Assembly: GCA_013239625.1 (NCBI GenBank)
Contig: MU056000.1
Span: 14,037,787 to 14,101,786, forward strand
Direction of reading: 5' to 3'
From: Lama guanicoe
Lineage: Eukaryota
DNA length: 64,000 bases
The translations under genes and the position numbers were made by a program. Below are positions 13,400 to 25,984 of the stretch, piece by piece. The notes below the pieces were generated by a model that was not told where the DNA came from, did no database searches, and was given only the letters and a program-made list of their open reading frames with translations. Numbering within the stretch: the first letter of the stretch is position 1; each line of letters begins with the position of its first letter.

Positions 13400-14215
13400 T
13401 TCCTGGAGAGTTGTATGCAGCCTTTTCTCTACTCAACAAGATCCAAGGTCTCAATCACTTGGAAATACTGCTGGTCTTCAAGGATCCCTCCAAAACAACA
13501 TGAGTTTAGGATGGTAGAGAGGTGATGGGAAGCTAGAGCAGAAAATTGCCTGTATTTCAGAGCCCAACAGCCAGGGCTCAAAATCCTTGAAATGTCTAGG
13601 CACCAAAGTGGTACTCAGAGCCAAGACAGCAGATGCTGGGAGGCAGGGGCAAGGAGTCAGACTGGAACAACAGGTAGATCCCCATGACAACCAGGCCGTG
13701 AAGATGAAGATGCTTGAAGTAGTTGGCATACCAGCTCTCTGACAAAATTATAGGGAGAAAGCTGAGTTGAAGTAGTCCAGGGGCATGGCCCTATTATCAT
13801 ATGAGACAGAGGCACGTGTTCTACAGAAGAAATTTTCACCAAGTGGGGCCCACAGGAACACTGCCCATGAATATTAAGTATGTATTCACAATAACAACAG
13901 AAAATATGAAACACATGAAAAGGCGTCTGGACAAGCACAAGTAAGAACTGAAGTTGAGAAACAACTGATTCGTAATGAGCAAAAACTGCAGATGTACAAT
14001 CAGACAACAGAAAGATTATACTGCACACAAAATGATTCTAGGAATAAAGGATGCAATTACAAAGATGCTTGAATAACAAGAAACTATTAAGAATGAACAG
14101 GCATTTGAAAAAATACATCTGGAAATAAATAATAGTATAGGAATCAAAATTTTAGTGGATGGATTAACAGTGGATTTCATACAATAGAGGAAATACGAGG
14201 GAACTGGAAGGTAAG
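13400..14215 (+). mobile_element. Ancient L1/HAL1 5' region and ORF1 remnant
   Basis: A-rich coiled-coil-like remnant (tggatggattaacag...gaactggaag) typical of old L1 ORF1. Confidence 0.5.
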
Positions 14216-14431
14216 AGTATGAGTTGCATCAAAGGGGAGCAAAAGGAAGTTTTCTTTTCTCCTTCCCAAATGCATTCTTACTTCTGGCAATCATCACAGC
14301 ATAATGTACCAGATTCCAGCAGACTTATTACTCATGCAATTCCTAACAGTAGGAATTCAAAGGGAGGCAAAGCATTGGTAATGGCTTATTTCTTATTTAT
14401 TTATCTGTTCACAGGTACTCAGTACTGAAGG

Positions 14432-14432
<1 letters not shown>

Positions 14433-14490
<58 letters not shown>

Positions 14491-14625
14491 GAAAGAAAGA
14501 AAAGAAAGAGAGGAAGAGAAAGAAAGAAAAGAAAGAGAGGAAGGAATGAAGAAAAATAAAGAAAGAGAAAATGAAAGAAAGAGGAATGGGTGGAGGTAGG
14601 GAGAGAGAAGGGAGGCGGAAGGGGA
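14433..14625 (+). repeat. (GAAA)14 microsatellite followed by a degenerate purine-rich tract
   Basis: 14 perfect GAAA units at 14433-14488, then GA-rich degenerate repeats. Confidence 0.95.
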
Positions 14626-15067
14626 AATATACAGAGAACAATGGCATTATTGTGCTCTAATTAAAATGGAATAAAAATGGAGTAATGAACAGTCTCACAT
14701 ATTGTCAGTGGGTTATTTTAGAAAATAAGTAGATTTAAAACAACTGGGTTATACTTACATTGAGTAAGTGCATAGACTTTTGTGTAGTAATGACAAGCTG
14801 TTATTTTTTTCATGATTGAGTGACACCATATAAAAATGTGACTATATAAGTGGGTGCTTTGGAGTATGATATCTTTTTTAGTACTAAAATGGAAATATGC
14901 AACAGTTTTGATTTTCTTATTTAAAAATTATAAGTAATAATCATGAGCAGTCAAGATAATCATAGGGATAAAGAGTCATGAGATGCCAGTAAATCATTTA
15001 TCATAATGCTTAGTAGAAAAAACCAAGTGCTTCAAAAGTAGATAATAAAATATTATATAACATAAAA

Positions 15068-15347
15068 CAGTCATCCCTTGGTATCCACAGGGGATTGGTT
15101 CCAGGACCCGCCTCGGATACCAAAATCCAGAGACCACAAGTCCCATAGTCGGGCCCTCCTATATGTGGCTTCCACAATCCCAAATTCAACCAACCATGGA
15201 TTTTAAAAACAGTACACCATCCACATTTTGTGAATCTTCACCTAAGGATATGGACATATAGATGTGCCCAACTGTATATTTATTGAAAAAAATCCGCATG
15301 TAAGTGGACCCAAGCAGTTCAAATATACTTTGTTCAAGGGTCAACTG
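15068..15347. mobile_element. MER8/MER2-like Tigger MITE
   Basis: 5' cagtcatcccttggtatccacaggggattggttccaggacc; 3' ttgttcaagggtcaactg followed by TA. Confidence 0.85.
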
Positions 15348-15459
15348 TACCTAAATATTCACATTGCTATACACATGTTAAAAAAATGCAAATACAAAGC
15401 ATGAACGAGATATAAGGATATATTTTTTTCCTTTCTTTCTACACAATGCTTACTAAAGA

Positions 15460-15802
15460 TGTGAAAATAAACAAAGGAAACCTCTTTAAAAGTGGAGTTG
15501 TGGGGGGTCTTCCTCCAGGGGAGCCCTCACACATGTACCACTCACAGCTTGCAGACTGCACCCACCAGAAGAAAGATTTCCCTCTGACCCAGAAACAAGC
15601 TGCCTGCTGCCTGCAGTCAGTGAGCCACAGCTCTCCCCAAGCTCCTCCCTTCCTCCAGCAAAGAAAGCCCCTCTCCTCTGTTCTCTGGATCAGCCTACAG
15701 TTCAACAGTCCGCTTGCCCCAGATCACAATTCTCTGCTGTTCCCAAATAAGCGTATTTTGCTGGTTAGACAACTGGCCCCTTTGTGATTGTTCAGGTAAG
15801 CA
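15460..15802 (+). repeat. Proviral 5' LTR
   Basis: tgtgaaaataaacaaaggaaa...ggtaagca; colinear with 21324-21662 (shared gaaagatttcc, cctgcag, aagcccctct, tttgctggt). Confidence 0.88.
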
Positions 15803-15806
15803 CACT

Positions 15807-15824
15807 TGGTGATCAGAAGCAGGA
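15807..15824 (+). promoter_or_regulatory. Primer binding site, tRNA-Leu-like
   Basis: tggtgatcagaagcagga immediately after the 5' LTR; resembles the complement of the tRNA-Leu 3' end (TGGTGTCAGAAGTGGGA). Confidence 0.65.
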
Positions 15825-16063
15825 GCTGAAGAAGACCCCTGAGAAATCCCTGACCCCCTGAATTATGTGAGGTACCCACACGAGTCCTTTGTGCTTTCGG
15901 CTTCCATGAATTTTTATTTTTCCTTCCTCTTGGCGTGGTTAGTGTCCCCTCAGATCCAAGCTTCCTCCTTTTGGTTGAGCTGTTTTATTCAAGATCTGTT
16001 TTAAAGGCTTCATCCTTTCTGATGAGTACTTATTTTGTTTTGTTTTGTTTAAATCTTTGAGTC

Positions 16064-17500
16064 ATGGGATCCCAACCTGCTAAATTCTCTCAGGAGAATT
16101 CTCCTCCTGGGAACCTGACCAGTTTTATTTTAAAAAAAGACAAAAAAACAAAAAACAAAAACCAGAGTCCCTCCTCATGCACATTTTTAATTAATTGGAC
16201 CTACTAACGTAAAAAATAATTTAGAGCTCTAATGGCCATGATGGGGAAACCTTGATTTGCCCAAACTTTTCTTAAAACCAAATTAGAAGACTGGCTCTGA
16301 AACAGAACAAGCTGAATGGGGTGCCTATTTCAATAGGGATTCCGAGGCTTCTCAGCCTATTCAGGGCCCTAGGATGGCCTCTTTACAAAAATCCATGTAT
16401 AAGCTAACTGATGTGAACAAACAACTGAAAGAAACAAAACAAAATCAGAGCCTCTTTCTTTCTTCTCCCATCACAGTCTCTGTCCTCGCTTCCTTTACAC
16501 TGTTTCCTTCTGAGCCTCTTCCTGCTCCTCCCTCCTCTAAACCCATTAGAACCTGACCCTTAAAAATAAGACCCTGTGAGGATCCTAATATGTTAGGTTC
16601 CTAGGACTAAAGCCAAAATACTAGCCACACTCAGAGATTTTTTTTTTAAGAGTAACGGAGGACCCCCATAGATTTGCCAAGAAATTTAATAAAGTATATT
16701 ACATTTATATTATATATAAATTTATATTACATATAAATAAAATTTTATATAATATTTAATATAAATATTCACATGTTTGATATAAATATAAATTATAAAT
16801 ATAATTTAAATATAAAAATACAATATAGTATATTAATTAATATCAGACTTAACAGCCAGGTTTCTGAGACTTAAACCAGCTGGTTCAAGTGCTTGTTGGT
16901 GAAGGCCAAGCCTAACACGGCTTGAAAATAGCTGATAGAGACCATCCTGAAATACTTCTAAAACTGCAAATGAGAGACCATCACCCTTCCTTGTCATGTG
17001 ATCAAGCTCAGCATTCACTAAATGATGTCACCTGGAAACCCCTGAGGCTTTCCCAAACCCTGCTGATTGAAATAAGATCCTGGCTTAAATCCAGAGGCCC
17101 AGTGAGCCCATATGTGACCATTGCAGCCAGCTTCAAATTGGTTTTAAGGAAAATTCTGGCCTTCCTACAGGTCGTGAGTCTACTCAGGTAGCCTTCACCT
17201 CTCCGTTCATTAAGGGTTTGAACTGGAATCTTTCCCTTCCAGGTAAAAGGACCAGGATGGAATGGCAGACAATGTCCATGCCAGCTTTCCTCAATTTAGC
17301 AAATTGGCTCACCTGCACCCTGGATGATTCAACTAAAAGGAAGACCACTAAAATCCTAAATTTTCAACTCCAATTAAGTAGAGGCCCCTAAACCAAACCA
17401 AACCCCTCCTGGCTTTTGTCATCTCTGCAAAAAGCCAAGCCATTGAAAGAAAGATTGTTACAAATGTAAGCATTGCAGGTGACTTCAGCTCTGTAATCAG
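16064..17500 (+). pseudogene. gag: ERV gag remnant
   Basis: ATG-GGA (Met-Gly) at 16064; CX2CX4HX4C knuckle C-H-L-C-K-K-P-S-H-*-K-K-D-C at 17417-17458; multiple stops. Confidence 0.8.
16690..16842. repeat. AT-rich low-complexity expansion inside gag
   Basis: ~150 bp of nearly pure A/T interrupting capsid-like sequence. Confidence 0.85.
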
Positions 17501-17539
17501 CCTTTCCAAATGCCCTCCTCATTCCCAAGTATGGAACTC

Positions 17540-20500
17540 TGAGGAACTACAGGTGCTTTCCCCAGTCCTTCCTCTTAACCAGCTTGCAGAAATAACTCTC
17601 CAGATTGGGAATGAATCTTTTTGTCCTTATTGACAACGGAACTGAATTCTTGGTGCTCAACCCCAGTGCTATTAAATAGTCCCTGTCTTCGAGTACTCAA
17701 ACTGTTCACAGTGGGGTCCCTAATAAGCCTCAACAGTATCCCGTCTCTAAACCTATTCCCTTTTGTGTAGACCCGCTAAGAAATACTCATCCTTTTCTCC
17801 TTAGTTTCTCTGTCCTTATTCATTTATTGGGGTAAGATTTCTTAGAGAGCTATGATACCAGAATTTCTTTCTCAAAAAGAGAGAGAGAATTCTGGAATTT
17901 GATAGCAACAACCAAAATAGCCAACCAGGTGAATCAAATATCCCTCCACACAGTTTGTTCCCCCTGTCTTCCACGCTGGAGCTAATTTAAAGGATATTAA
18001 CCATTTGTCCTTATGCAATCAACTGCAAGACATCAAGCCCATCATGGAAGATTATAAGGCTCTGAGTCTGATCATCCCCTGCACTAGTCCCCGTAACAAC
18101 CCTGCAATATTCTTAATTTGCCTGTGAGGAAACCCGGTGGCCACAGAAGGAGACTTCAATGAAATTTCCAAACCATACATAATATTGCTATCCACCTGAT
18201 AAAATTCTTATCCCTAAAGGAACACAGAATCTCCAAGGAAAACCTGCAGTTTGTTTCAAATGCAGATTCAGTACTTGGGCCACCTGATCTCAGGACAAGG
18301 ACTATTGTTAGATCCAAATAGGCTTCATGACATCCTGAACTTCCCCAAACCCAAAACTAAGTACCAATTACAAGATTTTTGAGGGACTAGCTGGCTACTG
18401 TCAAAATTGGATTCTAAACCTCTCTTACGGTCCAATTCCTATACGCTTTACTGAAAAATAACAAATCTGACCCTATTATTTGAGATCAGGATAAGTTAAA
18501 CTTTAAAGTTCTAAAGGAAAGTTTCATAAATCCCCTTGCCCTTGGACATCTCAGCTATCAACTTTCTTTTCTACATTTTTTTTATTTGAAAAGGAAAGGA
18601 ATGTCCTTGGAGTACTCATCCAAGAATATGGGTCCCTCCATTGACCCACAGGGTATTACAGCCAACAGCTAGGCACTGTGGTGTGAGGATACCCACTTGC
18701 CTCACAGCCATTTCTGCCACTGCCCTCTTAGTCAAAGCCACCAAAGAGATAGTCATGGGGTCCCATCCAACCATCTTTGTACCTCATGCAGTAGAAGCCA
18801 TCCTGAATTCTCATCGCATTCAACAGCTTTCAGCCAGTTGCCTCACCTCCTGTGAAACCCTCTTAGTGCCTACTCCCCGTATAACCTTCTTGCTGTAATA
18901 ATCTTAACCCTGCCACTCTTCTTCTCCCTTTTATGGATAATACTCCTCGGGACTGTTTGACAGATTACCTCCTGACTCACCATGATGACTTGTAGGAAAA
19001 TCCTTTGGACAATGCTGACTTTCCATGGTTTACTGATAGTTCTTATTTAAAAGGTGAAAATGATAAATATTTTGCTGGGTTTGCTATTGAAACTCCTTTT
19101 GAAGTCATTGAGGCAGCATCCTTGACTACCTCGGCCCAATAGCTAAATTGTACACTTACTTAGGCCTGCATTTAGCCAACAGCAAAACTACAAATATCTA
19201 TGCTGACAGTACGTATGACTTTGGAGTAGCTTATGACTTTGTTTCCTCGAAGGAACCAACAACCAAACCACTATCATGGTCCAAAAGGGTGTTTGCCCAA
19301 ATTATAATCTATAAAAACTGACTAGAGATGTCCAACAAACATCCCCAGAGAAGGAAAATCAATATTTAAATCTAATAACCGTCTGTTTCATAAAGAGAGA
19401 AATTGAGCTTGAGCCAAATGATAATCCAGTTCTGCCAGAGACGCTAAAATTCCCACTATTAACCACGGTACGTGTACTGCATCATTGGCTTACTGACAGA
19501 ATAACCCTTGTGAACCAATACTGGTGGAGAAATATTAACAAGGTCACAAACAATGCCTACCTTGCTTGCCCTGACTATCCAAAACATAATTCAAGAAAAC
19601 CTGTCTGCAGTGTTTCCAGACACTTACAATTGTCCAATGGGCTATTTGAGGTTTGGCAGGTGGATTTTATTGTGTCCCCCATCTCAAGGATATAAATATG
19701 TCTTGGTAATGGTTTGGATATTATTCACTGGAATAAAGTCTTCTCTTACAGACAAGTTACTGCTGCTTCTGTGGAGCATCTCTATAGGGAATCCCCCTTC
19801 AAACTTCACAGTGAACAGGGAAACTCACCTTACCTGTCAAATGCTTCAACAGGTATTTTCTTTTTGGCCAGTTTTGCAACGCTTTCATTTGCTTACCATG
19901 CTGAATCCTCAGGGCTAGTGGAAATAAGGGAAATTTGTAAAGACCCTTCAAATAGAGTCTCTGCATATTTGTGCCAAAGGCACTGCCAATAGTCCTTCTG
20001 AATCTCAGGTCTTGGAACCCATAAACTCTTACCCTTTGAGATAATCCCAGGATGCTAACTACATTTGGCTCCTACTGCTTTTGATCCAAAAGCTGGCAAA
20101 ATACTTCAACAATGTTTCTGTTAAGAATACCATGCTGTTACCAAAGGGGGGAGGAATAAATTCAAAGCATGGGGTACTAATTTATCCAATTTGTATCTGT
20201 AACAAACTACTATACATAAAATAAATAAGAAACAAGGATTTACTGTATAGCACAGGGAACTATATGCAATATCTTGTAATAACCTATAATGGAAAACAAT
20301 CTGAAAAAAAATATATATCTATCTGAATCACTTTGCTATATACCTGAAACTAACACAATATTGTAAATCAACCATATGCCAATTTTAAAAAAAATAATCA
20401 CACTTCAGTAGAACAATGATTTTACAACATGTTCCCAGGAGCCAGAGACCTTAAATGTCACACCTTAAAGCTAGTGATTTAATCTACTGGAAAAGATATC

Positions 20501-20685
20501 TCTAGAAAGTAACTCTTCAACCCCAACGGAAAGGCCCTTATCAGGTACTAATAAACAATTCTTGTGCTGCTAAATTGCAAGGAATAGACTGTTGGACCTA
20601 CACGTTGCATTTAAAGAAAGCACCAAACCCTGACTGGACCTACACACCAACTGATGACCTGAAAATAAAGCTTTTCAGGAATTGA
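17540..20685 (+). pseudogene. pol: ERV pro-pol remnant with internal deletions
   Basis: Protease VLIDNGT (17623), RT N-terminal IPCTSP..N (~18075), RNase H WFTDSSY (19026) and NIYADS, integrase WQVDF (19654), KGPYQV (~20530). Confidence 0.85.
20137..20390 (+). mobile_element. 5'-truncated L1 3' end inserted in the ERV integrase region
   Basis: tactgtatagcacagggaactatat...gaatcactttgct...ttgtaaatcaac plus A tail; degenerate TSD aagaataccatgct / aaaataatcacact. Confidence 0.85.
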
Positions 20686-20719
20686 GCAGGGAACAGCTGA
20701 GAGAGACAGCTTTCCTAAA

Positions 20720-21100
20720 ATGACAGGGCCACCTTCTTCCTCACTGTTGCTTCTTATCTCTTCCCTCTTTCTTGGCCCAATCTATTGTAAAAGGGAAAAA
20801 CCTTTTGTTTCTGTCACCAGAAACTCCACTCTATTAATGATGCTGGAGATCCCTTGGCTTTACCTGCAACTAATTTCTCTCTTTGGAAGACTTTTAGAAA
20901 AGACCCCTTTAGGCTGAGATGATTGCTTGCAGGATACCTGCTCCTTATCTTATTCTGTGTAATAATTTTTAAGCTTTATAATGGTTGGCTGCCAAAAGTT
21001 TGTAGAAACAATGTGCTCAACAGGGTGATGCTAGCTCAGCACTTTGAGATGACCTCCAACACTTATGACATTAAGACTTACACCTCAGATGGGAAATGCC
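20720..21100 (+). pseudogene. env: ERV env remnant (signal-peptide-like start and TM anchor; SU largely missing)
   Basis: Hydrophobic N-terminus (SLLLLISSLFLG) and TM/cytoplasmic-tail-like YLLLILFCVIIFKL...NRVMLAQ located between pol and the PPT. Confidence 0.55.
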
Positions 21101-21311
21101 TAAGAGCTTCCTCCTACCTTTTCTTGTTACTTAAGTATGGTCTCAACTGTTTCCAAGTGGTGTACTTTCCCTCCAAATTAGGACATGACAACCGAGAAAG
21201 GGTCTTTCCTGGTACAGAGGGAAGAACCACTTCAGTGGATGAAACCACTAAATACAAAAAATCTGACTCTTTGACTCTTGATCAGTGATGCTTTTAAGGA
21301 AAGATTCAATC

Positions 21312-21321
21312 AAAAGGGGGA
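21312..21321 (+). promoter_or_regulatory. Polypurine tract
   Basis: aaaaggggga immediately 5' of the 3' LTR. Confidence 0.8.
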
Positions 21322-21323
21322 TA

Positions 21324-21662
21324 TGTGAACATGAATAAAGGAAATCTCATATAAAATGGAGTTGGGAAGCCCTGAAAGGGTAGCTCTCAGGCATGTATCA
21401 CACATTGTGGCTTAAAGACCACGGCAGAAAGAAAGATTTCCTCCTGACTTGGTAACAAGGTTCCCCACCACCTGCAGCCAATGAAAAGTCACCAGAGCCC
21501 TCTCTAATCTCCTTTCCTCTATAAAAGCAAGCCCCTCTTCCGCACTGTCAGGACTTGCCTATAGTTAGCCATAGTTTGCTTGTCCCAAATTGCAATAGTT
21601 TGCTATACTTGAATGAACTCCCTTTGCTGGTAAAATAAATGGTTCTTTTGTGAAGGTCTATA
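21324..21662 (+). repeat. Proviral 3' LTR
   Basis: tgtgaacatgaataaagg...ggtctata; retains CCAAT (~21478) and TATAAAA (~21520). Confidence 0.88.
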
Positions 21663-22139
21663 AAAATGATATAGGTTCAAAGGTTAAAGGCAGTGAATTT
21701 GGGGTAGGTTAGCCAATATAAATAGAACTCAAATGCACTCCTATGCTGGTACAGACGATATGTAAATAACCTGAAGCAACCAATAGAAGAGTCACATGGG
21801 TTGGCTTGGATCTCAGTGTGCTTACCTAGAACTCCTAAAACATGTAGAACGAAGAATCAGGCACTGTCTTAAAAGGCATGTTAGGGTCTAAATTGTTGAC
21901 GTTACTGTAGGTGAATTAGAATGAAACAGTATTGAGATGAAAGTTGTATTTCTCCTTGATCAAAGAATAAATAGATGGAGAATCACTAAATATCTTACAG
22001 CTCAAAGTTGTCATGAAGACTGATCTTTGGTTTCTCCTACATTTCAAAAGTAAAATAAGTTTATATTTGAAGTGTTTCAAAACATTTGGAACCTCATGAA
22101 GATTGTTTAAGAAAATGATTAAAATTAATAGAACTTTAT

Positions 22140-24845
22140 CCAGAGTAAGGAAAAAGAGGGGAATTATGAATATTGGGAATGAGAGAGATTATTTAAATTC
22201 TATAAATAATAAAAAGAGAGTATGAATAATTTTATTTCAATAAATTCAGCAACTTAAATAAAATTAGCAAATTCCTTAAAGATACAAATTTTCCTACCTC
22301 ACTGAAGACTGATACTACTAATGGCCCTGTATCTATTAAAAAATTGAATTTGTAGTTTAAACTTTTCCAAAAACAAAAACACCTTCAGGACTAGATGGCT
22401 TAACTGGTAAATTTAGTTAAACATTTTTTAAGAAAATAAACAATTCTACCTAAATCCTTTCAGAAAATTGAAGAGGATGGACTAAAATGCTTTCCAACTC
22501 ATTCTGTAATTCCACCTGATACCAAAAGAAGACAAAAATATGACTATGGAAGTACAGATAAATATCACTCATGAACACAGATAAATTCCAAAGAAATATT
22601 AGCAAATCAAATCCATCAATATATGGAAAAGCCAAAAGATCTTGACCAAGTTGAGAATCTCAGGAATGGAATGCAGATTTAACATTTGAAAAAATGAATG
22701 TAGTTTACCATATTAAACTAAAAGAACAAAAACTTCTAATGTTTCAATAGACATACGTAAAACATGGGCAAAATATGATACTCATTACTGCTTGAAAATA
22801 AAAAATCCTAGCAGCAAACTAGAAACAGAAGAAAGCATATTAACCTGATAAAGTTCATCTATGGAAAACTTACATCAACACCTCATGATTAAGTATGAAA
22901 GATGGAATGCTTTCCTCCTCAACATCAGAAACATGACAAAAGTGTATCCTATCATCACCTGTATTTTACACTTTACTGGAGGTTTTAGTCTAAGAAATAA
23001 AGCAAAAAAGACAAATAAAAAGTCTCTGGATTGGTGGAAAATAAGTAAAACTGTGTGAATTTATAGAGGATGTTATTATCTAAGTAAAAAATCCTACTGA
23101 GTCTACAAAAATGTACAAGTCAGTTTAGCCAGATGAAAGGATGCAAGATCAAAATACAAAAAAAAAATTTATCTCTATATACAAGTAACCAACAAATAAA
23201 ATTGTACATGACTAAAAGAAATAAAACATGGCCAAGGAAAGTTAAAGAAAACCTATTTATAAGGAGAAATAACTGTATATGGATCAGAAAACTCAATATT
23301 TTTAAGATGCCTAGTCTCCAAAACTAATCCATAGGTTTAACATCATCTCATTCAAAACACCAGTAGGCTTTTATTTTCTCTAAACCAACAACAGAATTCT
23401 AAATTTCAAATGGTAATAAAAGAACCAAGGACAGCTAAAATCATACTGAAAAAGAAAAAAAATGATTTTGGAGGATGAACCCTACACCATTTCAAGACTA
23501 TTTATGAAAGTTTAGTATTCAAGACAGTGCGGTATTGCACAAAGATAGATAGATACACTACTGAAAAACAATAGTGAGTCCCTGCATACACCCATACATC
23601 CATGGCCAAATGATTTTTCAACAAATACACAAAGGCAACGCAGGGGAAAATTGACACTCTTTTCAGCAACTGAAGTGGGAACTATTGATATACATGCATA
23701 TTTAAGTAAACTTCCTTCTATAATGCCCATATATAAACAAATTAACTCAAAACGGACCATAGTATTAATAGTGCAACTAAAACTGTAAAACTTTGGGAAC
23801 AATATTTAAAAACTTTGTGACCTTGAGTTAGGCAAAAAAGGTTTTTTTTGGTTGTTTTTGTTTGTTTACTTTTTGATGTAATACTAAAAGCACGATCTAT
23901 TCAGGACAACATTGATAAATTGGAATTCATCAAAGTTTTAAAATTTGCTCTTTGGATAGTTTTGTTAAGGGAATGAAAGGACAAGTTGTACACTGGGTGA
24001 AATTACATCTATGACATATAAGACATAAATGATTTTTCTCCAGAATATTTAAGAAACCAAATCAATAATAAAAAACTCAGTAAAATATATGGGTAAAATA
24101 TTTGACCAGAGAAGACGGAATATAAGCACAAGGAAGAACACTCAAGATAATGAGTCATTAGGGAAATTCAACTAAAAATGCCCTGAGATACCACAACAGA
24201 CGTTTATAATAATAATAAGGATTGACCATGCCAAATGTTGGCAAGGATGTGAAGGAGCACGAGGATTCACCTACACTACTGGTGAGAATGTAAAATGGTA
24301 CAGTGGCCCATTTCTCAGAAACATTTACATATAGCTACTGTATGATCCAGCAGTACACTCCTACATATTTTTTCAAGAGAAAGGAAAGCATGTGTTCATA
24401 TAAAAAGCTATCCCCAAAGGTTCTTAGCAGTTTCTTTGTTATAGCCAAAACGATGAAATAGGTCATCTCTCTCCGTTAACAGGCAGATGGATAAGCACAT
24501 CTTGACAAATACACACTGTAGAATAGTTTGTAGCTAAAATCAAACACACAAAAAACCACAACTGTTTATGTAATATATAACATGGGTAAATCTCAAAATA
24601 ATTAAAAGAAGGTAGACAAAATAGAGCACTTTCTTCCTGATGCCATTTATTCCAAACACTGGGAAATCCAACCTATCTATAAAAACAGATGGAGCAGATG
24701 AGACAGGTTTCTAAGGGGCATCAGGAAAATTTTGGGATGGTGGATACCGTGACCTTTTTGATTGTCTATATGTATAACAAATCTTATAAAACCACATGTT
24801 TGTGTTTATTACATGTCCCTTATACCCTGACAAAATGCAAAAGAA
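22140..24845 (+). mobile_element. Old LINE-1, ORF2 RT to 3' UTR
   Basis: caggactagatggcttaactggtaaattt (GPDGFTGEF-like) at ~22386; colinear decayed ORF2; tatgatccagcagtacactcct; L1M 3' UTR. Confidence 0.85.
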
Positions 24846-24899
24846 CAATAATGAGGCCATAAATTTCTCATGTTCAAGAAACTAAATAAACTACATCTT

Positions 24900-25075
24900 G
24901 ATAATCATCCATCCGTCCATCTATTTAATCAGTCATCATCTGCCCAATCTTTCATTCACTTAATCATATATTTAATAATTCACTCATTTCTTATTCATTC
25001 AGAAATATTATTAAGTGTTCTCTGTAGTCACCTGTGTTCCAGGCACATGGCAGTGAACATAGAGACCAAATCTAG
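24900..25075 (-). mobile_element. L2 3' end
   Basis: (CATT/CATC)-like tail and tattaagtg...tgtgttccaggcac. Confidence 0.6.
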
Positions 25076-25669
25076 GTTCACATAAACTAGTCATACTTAA
25101 AAATAAACAAAATAGTACAAAACTAGTAGGTATTTTTTGAGTAACTACTATTCCAGATTCTGAAATAAGTAGTGTTAAGGTATTTTTATTGATAGTTGAA
25201 CCTAGATGACACGGTCTCTGCATAGATAACCTCTGGTTTTACTCTGTGCCAGTCTTAAAGCAGGTCTCAGGAATCACCTGCCATTAGTGTACAGTCAAAC
25301 TTACAAGCACTTCTGAATGGATACCCAGAAGACAGTCCATACCACAAAACAGAAAAAAATTTTTTTTTCCCTCTGTTCTCTGTAAGTCTTTCGTGGACCC
25401 TGTAGCCAACAGGGTACCATCTTCTCTTAAGGGTATCTCATCTCAGGCCAGTGGATTTTAGCGAATAGCCCAACTCCTGTTTCTTCTTCTAAATGTATTA
25501 TGTAAAGCTCTGCCTCTTTCTGCTCGACTCAAGGCTGTCTTCTACTGGGCCGGAAGCATATTCAATACCTTTTTCAAAAATTTTATCTCTGCCCAAACAA
25601 AAGATGTTCTCTTTTGGCTAGAAAGAAAAATATTAAATTTTCATTTTTTACAATAAGTTCATATATGTG

Positions 25670-25840
25670 AGCATACTTTAACAATTCATTGTATGAGGTA
25701 GGAATTATACCATTTAATAGAGGGGAAACTGAGGCTAGGGAAAGTTAATCTGACCCAGATAGGACAAAAAATAAATAGCTAAGACAGACACACACACACA
25801 GGATTCTACAACACCAAAATCCAAAACCTTAACTTTCACA
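25670..25840 (-). mobile_element. MIR SINE fragment
   Basis: tatgaggtaggaattataccattt...gaggggaaactgaggct core motif. Confidence 0.7.
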
Positions 25841-25984
25841 GGATAGTATCGCTAAAAAGAAGTTGAATAATGCCTTTGGTTATTTTAATTATCACACCAC
25901 CACTACAAATTTGGTTTCACCTTCTTTTTTTCTAATGAGAGACCCTAACATCAGAGAGATTAAGAAACTTGCTTAACGTTATGG

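Larger units (their letters stand above)
15460..21662 (+). mobile_element. Degenerate class I (gammaretrovirus-like, ERV1) endogenous provirus with both LTRs
   Basis: Two homologous ~340-bp LTRs, PBS, gag zinc knuckle, protease, RT/RNase H, integrase and env remnants, PPT; flanks aaga / aaaa (4-bp TSD with one mismatch). Confidence 0.93.

Noticed and set aside
14393..14647. Phe/Leu/Ser-rich ORF resembling a membrane protein
   Set aside because: It is a translation of the (TTTC)n microsatellite
20720..21288. Domesticated env/syncytin-like gene
   Set aside because: Only two short broken ORFs; no SU, furin site, fusion peptide or immunosuppressive domain visible
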